Shown here: positions 1 to 10,775 of the stretch, piece by piece
How positions within the stretch are numbered: the first letter of the stretch is position 1
How the letters are laid out: every line of letters begins with the position of its first letter
DNA from: an uncultured delta proteobacterium
GTDB taxonomy: Bacteria > Myxococcota_A > Polyangia > Polyangiales > Polyangiaceae
Assembly (NCBI GenBank): GCA_963806225.1
Contig: CAWDXG010000004.1
Coordinates: 1,920,001 to 1,984,000 of the forward strand
Direction of reading: 5' to 3'
Length of the DNA: 64,000 nt
Notes under the pieces: generated by a model
What the model saw: only the letters and a program-made list of their open reading frames with translations
Database searches by the model: none
What the model was told of the DNA's origin: nothing
Translations under genes and position numbers: made by a program

Positions 1-1448
1 TCGAAGACCTCGTGGACCTCGGCGTGAACGCGATCGAGCTGATGCCCGTGGCCGAGTTCCCGGGCACGCGAAACTGGGGATACGACGGCGTGCACCTGTT
101 CGCGCCACAATCGAGCTACGGCGGCCCGGACGGCCTGAAACGCCTCGTCGACGCATGCCACGGAGCGGGGCTCGGCTGCGTGCTCGACGTGGTCTACAAC
201 CATCTGGGTCCTGAGGGGAACTACCTCAGCGCGACTTCGGTCACTATTTCAGCGATCGCTACCGCACGCCCTGGGGAGACGCGCTCAACTTCGACGGGCC
301 GCACAGCGATCCCGTGCGCGCGCATTTCATCTCCAACGCGCTGCACTGGCTGACCGAGTATCACATCGACGCGCTCAGGCTCGATGCCGTACATGCCATC
401 TACGATTTTGGCGCAGATCACCTGCTGACCGCGCTGGGGCGTCGTTTCCACGCGGAGGCGGCGCGCCTCGGCCGCCATGCCTGCCTGATCGCCGAAAGCG
501 ATCTCAACGATGTGCGCGTGATCCGCGCCGATTCGCAGCACGGCTGGGGCATGGACGCGCAGTGGAGCGACGACTTCCACCATTCGCTGCACACGCTGCT
601 CACCGGGGCGATGCACGGCTACTTCGGCGACTTCGGCGAGGTCGACGACCTCGCGAAGGCCGTGACCGACGGCTTCGTCTACGACGGGCGGTATTCCGGC
701 TACCGCAGGCGGCGTCACGGCAACTCGAGTCGGGGATATCCCGGCGAGAAGCTCGTCGTGTACACGCAGAACCACGACCAGATCGCCAACGCATCCCACG
801 GTCGACGCCACAGCAGCCTGCTGGGTCCGACCCGACAAAAACTCGCCGCAACGCTTCTTCTGTCAGCTCCGAACCTGCCCATGCTGTTCCAGGGACAGGA
901 GTACGGCGAGCCCGCACCCTTCCACTACTTCACGAGCCATGGCGACGCGGAGCTCGCCGAGGCTGTCCGCAACGGACGGCGCGGGGAGTTCGTCGAGTTC
1001 GGGCAGCCGCACCGCTTCGCCGATCCACAATCGCTCGCGACGTTCGAGCAGTGCGTGCTCGACTGGTCGCTCCGGACAAGAGCCGGCCCATGCGGCAATC
1101 CTGGCGCTATACCGTGACTTGCTGTCCCTCCGTCGGCGCCTGCCCGCACTCGGCAACTGCCGTCCGGACCTGGCCCGCGTCCACGACTCGCCAGGCGCTC
1201 GGTGGCTCGCCGTCGAACGCGGCGACGCTTCCGGCGAGGCCGTGCTGATCGTTGCCAATCCGAGTCAGATTGCGCAGAATGTGCGCATTACCGACTTGAC
1301 GGGACACTGGGAGCTTTCGCTCTGGACGCTGGACCCGCGATACCTTGCGGACGCCGAGTCGCCTTCCAGGCCGATTGCGCCCTTGATCAGCGATAGCGCG
1401 CTCGAGCTTCTGCCGTGGGAGGCCGCAATCTACCGTCGCACGAACTGA
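1..1448 (+). CDS. treZ: Malto-oligosyltrehalose trehalohydrolase (GH13); 5' end outside window; split by apparent frameshifts near 230 and 1085
   Basis: Motifs [60 protein letters not shown] and [10 protein letters not shown] spread over ORFs 12-353, 314-1117 and 939-1448. Confidence 0.9.
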
Positions 1449-1780
1449 CTTATGACCACTCGCAAGCACTGTGCAGGGTTGTGCTTGACAATCGCTGTCG
1501 CCGCCGAGCATGTGATAGGAATCCTAGTTCCTTGACCGGCATATGCGAGCGACTGTGCGCGGGATCTGCACGTCCGCCGGGAATAGCCGGTCCAGCGCGA
1601 ACGTAACCGGACAGCAGGATTCCCGACGATTTTGCACGGGCACGAACTGCGAGCCATTTGCCGCGACTCGTTGGCTCTGCTTCCCGAGCACTCGCTTGAA
1701 GTCGAGTCATCTCTGGATTGGATGCCTCCTTCGACCCGGGCTTGACACTCCAGGTTAGGTATGAAAAAGGAACGAAAATC

Positions 1781-2313
1781 ATGAATGACGTTGACCGCCA
1801 GATTCGAGATCGCGTTGAATCCTTCGTTGCCGAACTGACCGACTTGGTCCGGCAGGCTGCCCTGGAATCCGTATCGGAGGTACTCGGCGGACAGGCAGTG
1901 CCCGGCGCGTTGCGCCGGCGCGGTGGCCGTCCCCCGCGCCCGCGCATACGCCGCCGCGGCGGCAAGCGCTCGCCCGAGGAAATCGAGCCGACCACGCAGC
2001 GCGTCCTCGACGTACGTGCGGGACAATCCCGGACACGGCGTCGAGCAGATGGCGATCGACCTGGCGACGAACACCAAGGATCTGACGCTTCCGATCAAGA
2101 AGCTCCTCTCGAACGGCGATCTGCTCACCGAAGGGCAGAAGCGTGCGACGAAGTACTTCGCGACTTCGGGCGGCGGCTCGGCGTCGGCCGAGGGCTCCAG
2201 CGCGGGCACGCCGCGCCGGCGCCGCGCAGCCAAGGGCACGTCCGCGCGGCAAGGCCAAGGCCAAGGCCGCGCCGAAGAAGCGCGGGCGCAAGCGTCGCAG
2301 CAAGCGCGGCTGA
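1781..2313 (+). CDS. Small putative DNA-binding protein (N-terminal helix, winged-helix-like core, Lys/Arg-rich tail); frameshifted in assembly
   Basis: ATG at 1781 gives MNDVDRQIRDRVESFVAELTDLVRQAALESV; core YVRDNPGHGVEQMAIDLATNTKDLTLPIKKLL...TEGQKRATKYF; shifted-frame tail GKAKAKAAPKKRGRKRRSKRG ends at TGA 2311-2313. Confidence 0.65.
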
Positions 2314-2336
2314 GCCGCGGGGTCGGCCCGCACCTG

Positions 2337-3353
2337 TCAGAGCGACCCGGCCTGATCATCGTCGGGCGGGGGGGAATGCTCGACTCGGACACAAGCTGCA
2401 GACGCGCACGCTGGGAGGACTTCGTCTCGTCCTCCGACAAGCTGGTACGCGACACGAGCGGCAACGGTGGGGCGCTGTCGTGGTCTACGTGTGGAACCGG
2501 CTGGTGGAGCGCGTGGGCGAACGGCGCCAGAACGCGCTCCATCTCCCGAGCGCTTCCCGGTCGCTTGGCTGGGTCCTTCGCGAGTGAACGCCGGACCAGG
2601 AGCTCCAGCTCGGGCGGCACGTCCCTGACCAGGCTCTTGAGCGGCTTCGGGGGACGACGACGGACCTGCTCGAGAACCTCCTCGGCCGACTCGCCACCGA
2701 AAGGAGCCCGACCGCTGAGCAGCTCGTAGAGGATCGCGCCCACCGCGTACAGGTCCGCACGGTGATCGATCGGCCCACCGACTGCCTGTTCGGGCGCCAT
2801 GTACGCCGGCGTTCCGAACACACGGCCACGATCGCCCGGCGAGAGACCCTGGGTGTGGACGCTGACCGCAATCCCGAAGTCGAGCACCTTGACGACGGGC
2901 TGATCAGGGCGCGGATGCACGACCATGATGTTGGCCGGCTTGAGATCGCGATGCACGATGCCTAGAGCATGCGCGGCCTGGAGCGCCTTGGTGACCTGGC
3001 TGACGAGCTCGGCCGCATAGGCGGCGCCCACCGCGCCGCGTTCTTCGGTAATGGTGCTCAGCATCTCCCCGTCGCACAGCTCCATCACCATGAACGGCGT
3101 CCCGTCCTCGTCGCCCAGGTCGAAGACCCCGGCAACGTTCGGGATGCATGATCCGCCCTGCGGCGCGTGCCTCGGCCATGAACCGTGCGCGGATATCCGG
3201 ATGCAGCGCCAGCTCCCGGTGCAGGATCTTCACGGCCACCCGACGGCCGACCAGGGTATTCTCGGCCTCCCACACCTCCCCGGCGCTGCCGTCGCCGAGC
3301 AGGCGATGCAGGCGATACTTCTGGGCCAGCATCCGGCGTGGTGAACCGCTCAT
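2337..3353 (-). CDS. Hanks-type Ser/Thr protein kinase; frameshifts near 3140 and in the G-run near 2370
   Basis: LGDGSAGEVW, VAVKIL, HRDLKPANIM, KVLDFGIA, GTPAYMAPEQ, DLYAVG; C-terminus reconstructed. Confidence 0.85.
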
Positions 3354-3396
3354 GGTAGGGGAATGTAGCGCATCGGCGTGACGCACGGGGCTCCGT

Positions 3397-4188
3397 TCAC
3401 TCGCCGTCCGGCTTCCGGGCCACAACAGTCGCGGACGCCTGCGCGGTCGCCATCAAGAGCAGGTTGTGGACGGACACGTGGGCCGGGCGGGTGACGGCGA
3501 AGGCGATGCAATCTGCCACATCCTCAGCGGTCAGCGGGTCGACACCCTGGTAGACGGCATCGGCGCGCTTCTGATCGCCATGGAAGCGGACGGCGCTGAA
3601 CTCCGTCTCGACCAGTCCCGGCTCGATCACCAGCTGCCGGATCCCGGTGCCGAGAAGCTCGAACCTGAGCGCACCGACGAAAGCCTCGACGGCAGCCTTG
3701 CTCGCACAGTATGCAGCGCCGCGCGCGTACGGCTGGAGGCCGGCTACCGAACCGACGTGCACGATGTCTCCCCGCCCGCGCTCGATCAGGCTCGGGCAGA
3801 TATGCGCGCGTCATGCGCATCAGACCCATTACATTGGCTTCCATCATCTCGCGCCAGTCCTGCTCCGACGACTCGACGACGGGCTCGAAGCCCCGCGCGA
3901 GCCCGGCGTTGTTGACGAGGATGTCGATGCCCAGCCGATAGCTCGAGAGCTTCGCGCGACGAAAGCCTCCGAGCTCCGGCTGGGTAGCTCACGTCGAGCG
4001 GCACCGCGTCCGCCTTGCCGCCGGTCTGGCGGATCTCGGCAGCACAACGCCTCCAGCCGGTCAAGCCGACGTGCGCCGACCACGACGGATGCGCCCAGCG
4101 CGGACAGCGCCCGCGCGGTGGCAGCACCAATGCCGCTGGAGGCTCCGGTGACGACGGCAACGCGCCCTTCGAGTGATGTCCTGTTCAT
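3397..4188 (-). CDS. SDR family oxidoreductase (YdfG-like); frameshifted
   Basis: [18 protein letters not shown] (YxxxK), [36 protein letters not shown]. Confidence 0.85.
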
Positions 4189-4307
4189 GCGGCCGGGGAT
4201 GGTAGCCGCACGCGCCGCACGGGTCCGCCGCTTTCCGTCCTGGTCCGGCGGAATTCCGCGGCGTGGGCCTTGCGGCCGGAGCGCGGCGATGCGGAAGTAT
4301 CCGGGCG

Positions 4308-5096
4308 ATGCGATTCGACACCGCCTTCATTACCGGAGCTTCCAGCGGACTCGGACGCGCCGTCGCCAGGCGGCTGGCAGCGGGCGGGACCCGCGTCGTC
4401 CTCGCCGCGCGCCGTCGCGACGAGCTGGAAGAGCTTGGCGCGGCAATCACGGCGGACGGCGGGCGCGCCGAAGTGTGCGAGCTGGACGTTGCCGACACGG
4501 GCGCCGCGCGCGAGAGCGTCGCGCGCTGGGATCGCGATAGCGGCGGGCTCGATCTGGTGCTCGCCAACGCCGGCATCGGGAACCCGGAGCCCGTCGCGCA
4601 GACGGAATGGAGCGCGATCGAGCGCGTCGTTCAGGTGAACACGCTGGGGGCACTCGCGGTACTGCATGCGGCGCTCGGGCCGATGGCGGCGCGGGGGTCG
4701 GGAACCCTCTCTGCCGTATCGAGTCTGGCCGGTCGACGCGGTCTGCCGGCGAGCGCCGCGTATTCCGCAAGCAAGGCCGCGCTCAGCATCTTCCTCGAAG
4801 CTCTGCGCATCGAGCTGTCGGCGTCCAGCGTGCGCGTTGTCGACATCCGCCCCGGCTTCGTCGACACGCCGATGACCCGGAAGAACAATTTCAGGATGCC
4901 GTTCATGTTGGATGTCGAAGATGCGGCGGCGCGAGCGATTCGCGGCCTCGAACGCGGTGAGGCCGTCGTGAGCTTCCCGTGGCAGGCGTCTGCGGCGATG
5001 GGCTTCGCCGCGCACATGCCCGCTGCACTCTGGCGAGGCGTGGCGGCGCATCTGCCGGTGACCAGCGGCAGCGACAGCGGGAAACGCCCGCACTGA
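4308..5096 (+). CDS. SDR family oxidoreductase
   Basis: [31 protein letters not shown]. Confidence 0.9.
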   Translation: MRFDTAFITGASSGLGRAVARRLAAGGTRVVLAARRRDELEELGAAITADGGRAEVCELDVADTGAARESVARWDRDSGGLDLVLANAGIGNPEPVAQTEWSAIERVVQVNTLGALAVLHAALGPMAARGSGTLSAVSSLAGRRGLPASAAYSASKAALSIFLEALRIELSASSVRVVDIRPGFVDTPMTRKNNFRMPFMLDVEDAAARAIRGLERGEAVVSFPWQASAAMGFAAHMPAALWRGVAAHLPVTSGSDSGKRPH

Positions 5097-5201
5097 GCGC
5101 GCTCGGGGGCGGTGCGCCCGGGGCCGCGTGTAGTCGGGCGCCGCTGGATGATCTAGACTGCGTATGCGGGCGGAGTCCTTGCCGTCCTTTCTGGAGGCAT
5201 C

Positions 5202-7164
5202 ATGCCCAGGGTCCGATCTTCCCTAATATGCCTGAGCGGGGCGACCGCTCTGGCGCTGGCCTTCAGCAGCGCTTGTAGCGGCGCCGATCCCGCACCCAAC
5301 GATACCTACCAGACTGGCGGGGCGGGGGGCGTCGGAGGCAACAGCGGCGGCAGCGGCGGCATCGGCATCGACGCCGGAGGAGGACCGGTCTGCGACGACC
5401 CGACCGACACCGACGGCGACGGCATCGCCGACCAGATCGAGGGCACCAAGGACACGGACGGCGACGGAACACCGGACTTCAAGGATCTACGACAGCGACG
5501 GCGACGGGATCCCGGACAAGGACGAGGCGGCCAATCCGTCCCTGCCCGCGGGAACGCCCGGCCGCATCCGCAAGGGTCCCTGCGACGCGGTCGCGGATAC
5601 CGACAAGGATGGTACGCCGGACTTCCAGGATCTCGACTCGGACGGCGACGGGCTTCCGGACGCGCAGGAGCCCACCTGCAAGGGTGTCGACTGCCGCGTC
5701 CAGTATAACTGCGACAACGATCCGAGCGGTCTACCGGACGTGATCGAGACCGCCGCCAAGAGCGACCCTTGCGACGGCAAGGCCCCACCGAACGGCGAGC
5801 TGTATTTCGTGGTTCCCTACGGCGCGCCGGAGCAGTCGAAGACGTTCGACTTTTCCGCTGGCGTCAAGGACGCCGACATCTACTTCCTCATCGACACCAC
5901 CGAGTCGATGCAGAAGGCGATCGACAACGTCAAGAGCTCGCTGGATAGCAGCATCATCCCGGCGATCCTCAACGGCGACCCGACAGCGAACCCGCCGATC
6001 CCCGCCATCCCGGGCGCGTGGATCGGGATCGGGACGTTCAGGGATGTGCCCTGGGCGCCATGGGGCGTGCCGGGCGACAACGTCTACAGCTACTTCTTCA
6101 ATATCTCGGGCAAGCGGGTCTACGGCAACATGACCGCGCCGCAGAGCTCCGGCGGAAAGTTCCTTGCGCCGGACAACGTCCAGCAGATCCTGGGCATTCT
6201 GTCCGCTTCGGGTGGCGGCGATGCGCCGGAGGGGACAACCCAGGCGCTGTGGATGGCAGCGGTCAACAAGGCGTATTGCGCCTACGCGGGCGGCGGACCC
6301 TGGCCGAAGGATTCGACCGGAAGCTGTGACGCCAACTGGCTCGCGAAGTGCGCCGACCCGAAGGACGTGGGGCGAGCGTGTTTCCGTCCCGGAAAGCTGC
6401 CGGTGTTCGTCATGATCACCGACGCCGCGTTCCACAACGGCCCCGTCGCCTCCTACAACTACGTCGAGCCTCCGTCCTTCCCGCCGACGGGCACACCCGT
6501 GAAGGGCGACATGTACTACAAGGACGTGGTCGCGGCGCTGAACTCGATCAACGCCAAGGTCGTCGGCGTCTCGGTCAACACGGGCGCGCCGGGCGTGGCA
6601 CGGCACGACCTCACGGATCTTGCGACACAGACTGGCAGTTTCTATGCCGAGGAGCAGTTCGGCCAGGTGACGAAGAAGCCGTTGGTCACGGACAAGGACA
6701 CCGCCGATGGCAACGTCTCCAGCGAGGTCGTACGGCTGATCGGTCTGCTCGCGGGCCAGGGACTGAAAGACGTGACCACGGTCCACGAGAACTACAGCTG
6801 TGGTGGCGGCGTCGACTGCAACGGGGACGGCGTTACCGATCCGAAATACGAGAACTTCACCGACCAGAGCACCGGCAAGCCGTTCGATGCCACACAGATG
6901 ATCAAGGCGATCAAACCCGTGGCCGTCAGCCCAAACCCACCCTATTCGAGCATCGACGCGACCACCTTCTACGGCGTGCGCGGAGATGCGACGATACAGT
7001 TCGAGGTTTTCGCCCAGAACACCGTGTTGAAGACCGACCAGACGACCGTCGTCGAGGTCCTCCTGCACGTCCAGACGCCGGGCGGCCAGGCCCTGGGGGG
7101 CAAGGACGGCGTCAAGACCATCTATCTGGTCATTCCGCCCTTCATCCCGACGGCTCCGGCCTAG
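5202..7164 (+). CDS. Lipoprotein with Gly-rich linker, thrombospondin type-3-like Ca-binding repeats and a vWA domain; frameshift near 5490
   Basis: Signal ending SSAC; DTDGDGIAD and DSDGDG repeats; MIDAS-like YFLIDTTESM, GGGDAPE, VFVMITDA. Confidence 0.75.
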
Positions 7165-7354
7165 GCCCCGTGGGATGCCGGGTATCGCGCGGCATCAGCA
7201 GGCAGGCTCCCCCGAGCGCCAGTGTGTTAGCCTGGCGCACCAGATACGGACGGTGTGGCCGGCAACCGATAGTTTGCGGTCCGGCGCTGGGTGAACGGTG
7301 GATCACGAGAGGCGCGAGTTGAATCGGGTTCGCCGCCAGACCGTCGGACACACG

Positions 7355-9229
7355 ATGCGACTGGTCGCCGTGGCGCTTGTCGCTGCGCTGACGTTCGAGC
7401 CGACCCTTCTGTACGCGCAAGCCGGTTCTCCGCCTGCCGCCGCAACGCCCGACAAGAAGCAGGCTCAGGCGCCCGACAAGAAGCAGGACCTGGCGCCCGA
7501 CAAGCCGGAGGGCGGACAACCCGGAAAGCCGGGAGGCGAGCCCGCGAAGCCGGCTGCTGGACAGACGAAGAAGCCCGCGGACGAAGCGCCCGGCGCCGGA
7601 CCCAAGGGCAAGGAGCCGGGAAAGACACCCGAGCCGGGCACCACGTCCAAGGCCGGACAGGCGCCGACCACCGCCGCGCCGGACACCTGGGGCAGCGGCG
7701 CGCCGCCCGCGAACGACGGCGAGCCCAACGCAGAGCCGGAAGCGCCGCTGCCGGACAAGCCTCCGCCGCGCGGCTCCCTGCCCTCGGACGACACCGCCTC
7801 GTCGCGCTCGCCGGCCGACACGGCGGTGCGCTACACGCTCGAGAACATCGAGGTGCGCGGAAACACGCGCACGCGCTCGCGCGTCGTGCTGCGCTACGTG
7901 CCGTTCAAGGCCGGCGACATCATCAACGTCGACGATCCCGAGTTGGAGCTGACCCGCTACAGGTTGCTCGGGACCGGGTTCTTCCGCGACGTCCAGTTCT
8001 CGCTCAAGAAGGGCTCGCAGCGCGGCTACGTGGTGCTCGTGATCGACGTGGTCGAGCGCAACACGGTCATCGTCAACAACCTCTGGATGGGGCTGTCGGC
8101 GGACGCGGACGCGAGCGGCAACAAGCGGCCGCTCACGGCCTACGCCGGGCTGGACGTGGCGGAAACGAACCTGGCGGGGACGGGCATCACGCTGGGTTCC
8201 GCCATCGGTCTGGCCCAGGACCAGCTCGCCCTGCGCGTGCGCTTCCTCGATCCCGCGTTCCTGGGCGGCCACTGGATGACCAACGGCACGCTCCTCTACA
8301 ACGACGCGCGCGATTTCTTCGGCACCAAGTACGTGCTGGTCGACGACCCGTCCCAGCTCAAGTGCGCAACTATCGACTGCACCGCCGACTTCGCCGTGGC
8401 GCGCTACAAGCGCTTCGGCGGAGCGCTCGGCGTCGGCCGGGACCTTTCCGTCGCCACGCAGCTCTGGCTCACCTATCGCGTCGAGTCGATCGACGCCCAG
8501 CTCCCGCTGGCCGCGTCCGAAGAGCGCGGGCTCACGGGACCCGACGCGCACGGAGTCCGCGAGCCCATCGATTTCATGATCCGCCGCGGCAAGAGCGTGC
8601 TGTCCACGCTGCGCGGCACGCTGCAGTACGACTCCCGCGACCAGCCGCTTCTGCCGACGCGCGGATGGTTCGCCACCTTCACCGGCGAGCTCGGGCTCGC
8701 ACCGATCGGCAGCGACTACAGCTATCAACGGTTCGACATCGCTGCCTCCCACTGGTGGAAGCTGCCGTGGGACCACGTCGTCCGGCTCGAGATGTTCGGC
8801 GGCGCCATATCGGGCAACGCTCCGTTCTTCGAGCGCTACTACGTCGGCGACTTCAGCGACTTCTTGCCGGGCCGCGTGTTGGGGCTGAATTTCGACCGGC
8901 GGCCTCCTCCGAACTTCCTCGGGACCGACATCCAGGAAGTGCGCTACGGCGACTTCGCCGCCAAGCTCGGCGGCGAATACCGGATCCCCCTCTACCGCGG
9001 CCATCGCTCGGTCTACGGGATCGATTTCTTCACGAGCGCCGGCATCTACGGCGTAGCGACGCGCCGCGACATCACCGATCCTCCCCGCGGCTACAAGGCC
9101 GGGCAGCGGATTCCAATCGATCTCACGGGCAACATCGGTTTCCGCATGGACACGAGCGCCGGCGGCTTCGTGTTCGCGTTCTCCAACGTGCTCGGGTTCA
9201 TCCCCGTCCGCCGGAAGGTCGAGAAGTGA
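7355..9229 (+). CDS. Omp85/BamA-TamA family outer-membrane protein with Pro/Lys-rich N-terminus and one POTRA domain
   Basis: Signal peptide; POTRA-like LENIEVRGNTRTRSRVV...TGFFRDV; ETNLAGTG; YDSRDQPLLPTRG; FFERYYVG. Confidence 0.8.
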   Translation: MRLVAVALVAALTFEPTLLYAQAGSPPAAATPDKKQAQAPDKKQDLAPDKPEGGQPGKPGGEPAKPAAGQTKKPADEAPGAGPKGKEPGKTPEPGTTSKAGQAPTTAAPDTWGSGAPPANDGEPNAEPEAPLPDKPPPRGSLPSDDTASSRSPADTAVRYTLENIEVRGNTRTRSRVVLRYVPFKAGDIINVDDPELELTRYRLLGTGFFRDVQFSLKKGSQRGYVVLVIDVVERNTVIVNNLWMGLSADADASGNKRPLTAYAGLDVAETNLAGTGITLGSAIGLAQDQLALRVRFLDPAFLGGHWMTNGTLLYNDARDFFGTKYVLVDDPSQLKCATIDCTADFAVARYKRFGGALGVGRDLSVATQLWLTYRVESIDAQLPLAASEERGLTGPDAHGVREPIDFMIRRGKSVLSTLRGTLQYDSRDQPLLPTRGWFATFTGELGLAPIGSDYSYQRFDIAASHWWKLPWDHVVRLEMFGGAISGNAPFFERYYVGDFSDFLPGRVLGLNFDRRPPPNFLGTDIQEVRYGDFAAKLGGEYRIPLYRGHRSVYGIDFFTSAGIYGVATRRDITDPPRGYKAGQRIPIDLTGNIGFRMDTSAGGFVFAFSNVLGFIPVRRKVEK

Positions 9230-9945
9230 GCCGGCGTGCCGAGAGCGTCTTCGGCGAATGCATCGCTCTGTTCGGTGTCGTGCTCTTCCTGTTCGTCCTT
9301 TTCCGCCCCGCGCCCGCCTCTGCCCAGGAGAAGAAGGAGCCGCCGAAACGCGCAGCGAGATTCGAGTGGAACGCGTCGAAGACCATGGTGTTCGTCAGCG
9401 TTTCGTTCCGGGACGTGGTGGATGCCAGGATCCAGAAGGAGCTGAGGCGCGGGCTGCCTACCACCATCGTGCTGACCGGCACGATCTACAGCGCGGGCGT
9501 GCAGAAGCCGCTCTCGACGACCGCACAGACGTGCAAGATAACCTGGCAGGTCTGGGAGGAAGCGTACCGCATCGAGATCATCCGTCCCGGCAGAAGCCGC
9601 GCGGAATGGACAACGACCGTGGAGGGCGTGCTGCGCCGCTGTGCGGAGATCCGGCGTCTGCTCGCGGGCAACAGTAGCCAGGTACCCTTCGGCGCGGCGT
9701 TGTACATGCACGCGAAGGTGCAGGTCGACCCGGTCAGCAAGGACATGCTCCAGAAGATCAAGCGTTGGGTGTCCCGACCCACTGGAACGGCCACCGCGGC
9801 GCCCGGCGACGCGTTGTTCAGCACCTTCACCGGGCTGTTCCTGCAACGCATCGGCGATGCCGAACGGGAGCTGAAGTTCACGACCCGCACGGTCCTGCCG
9901 ACGGTGATCAAGCCCAAGAAGAAGAAACGGAGCGACAAGAAATGA
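9226..9945 (+). CDS. DUF4390-like exported protein, coupled to the upstream gene by a GTGA overlap
   Basis: Signal peptide; IQKELRRGLPTTIV and CKITWQVWEEAYRI pattern. Confidence 0.55.
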   Translation: MSRRAESVFGECIALFGVVLFLFVLFRPAPASAQEKKEPPKRAARFEWNASKTMVFVSVSFRDVVDARIQKELRRGLPTTIVLTGTIYSAGVQKPLSTTAQTCKITWQVWEEAYRIEIIRPGRSRAEWTTTVEGVLRRCAEIRRLLAGNSSQVPFGAALYMHAKVQVDPVSKDMLQKIKRWVSRPTGTATAAPGDALFSTFTGLFLQRIGDAERELKFTTRTVLPTVIKPKKKKRSDKK

Positions 9946-10012
9946 GCCCGGGCGCGCTCCCAGGTCGCGGACCTGCGCCTCATCGGCAAGCTGGAGCTCG
10001 GCCGGCGCGGGC

Positions 10013-10723
10013 TCAGTGGCGGGGACTGAAAACCGGAGCCCCGGCGGGTCCGGGCAGCGCGCCCGGGGCGGGATACTTCGCCATCACCGCGAGCATGTAG
10101 TAGCGATACTGGTGCCGGATGCTGTCCCAGGGCGGCGCGGGCAGGGACTTGAGCATGCACTGGGTCGCCCGGCGGGCCTGCGGGCCTTTCCACTGGCCGC
10201 TCGCACCCGGAAACGCGCCGACGCGACGGTGCTGGAAATCGATGGTCAGCACGTAGTTGAGCGTACCGCCCTTGCCGGTGCGCGGCGCACAGCCCTTGGT
10301 GCCGTGGATGGCCTTCGTCAGCGCGTCCTCGAAGAAGGGCAGATGGTCGCAGAGGTTGCCCTCCTGACCCTTCGAGCGCGGTGAAGCGCTGCACTTCACG
10401 CGCTGGACGGCCTCCAGCTTCACGCCATCATCGACGCCACCCGCGTCCAGACCCGTTACCTCGGCGTGTGACGACGGCCGGCCGTCGCGCCCCGCGTCGC
10501 GGCGCAACCCGGCGTCCTGGGCGGCGTTCTCGTTGCCGCTGGGGCGGCGCCACAAGTACAGCGGAACCGCCAGGAGCACCAAGCCGATGATGAGCGCAAT
10601 CACCAGCTGCGCGCGCAACGGTCGATCGCCGCCCCCTCCTCCGCCAGCGCCGCCCACACCCAACCGCCGCAAGCTGGGCTCGCTCGGTGCTGGAAAAGAC
10701 GGTCGAGTGGGAGGACCTGCCAT
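10013..10723 (-). CDS. Hypothetical single-pass membrane protein with Cys-containing periplasmic domain
   Basis: TM segment LVIALIIGLVLLAVPLYLW; coding-like codon usage; follows the kinase on the same strand. Confidence 0.65.
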   Translation of the reverse strand: MAGPPTRPSFPAPSEPSLRRLGVGGAGGGGGGDRPLRAQLVIALIIGLVLLAVPLYLWRRPSGNENAAQDAGLRRDAGRDGRPSSHAEVTGLDAGGVDDGVKLEAVQRVKCSASPRSKGQEGNLCDHLPFFEDALTKAIHGTKGCAPRTGKGGTLNYVLTIDFQHRRVGAFPGASGQWKGPQARRATQCMLKSLPAPPWDSIRHQYRYYMLAVMAKYPAPGALPGPAGAPVFSPRH

Positions 10724-10775
10724 TGTCGAGGAGGCAGACGCCCGCAACAGCGGGCGAGAGCGGACTACGCGCACG

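Noticed and set aside
1485..1765. Sigma70 promoters at the two TTGACA hexamers
   Set aside because: No convincing -10 hexamer at 16-18 bp spacing.
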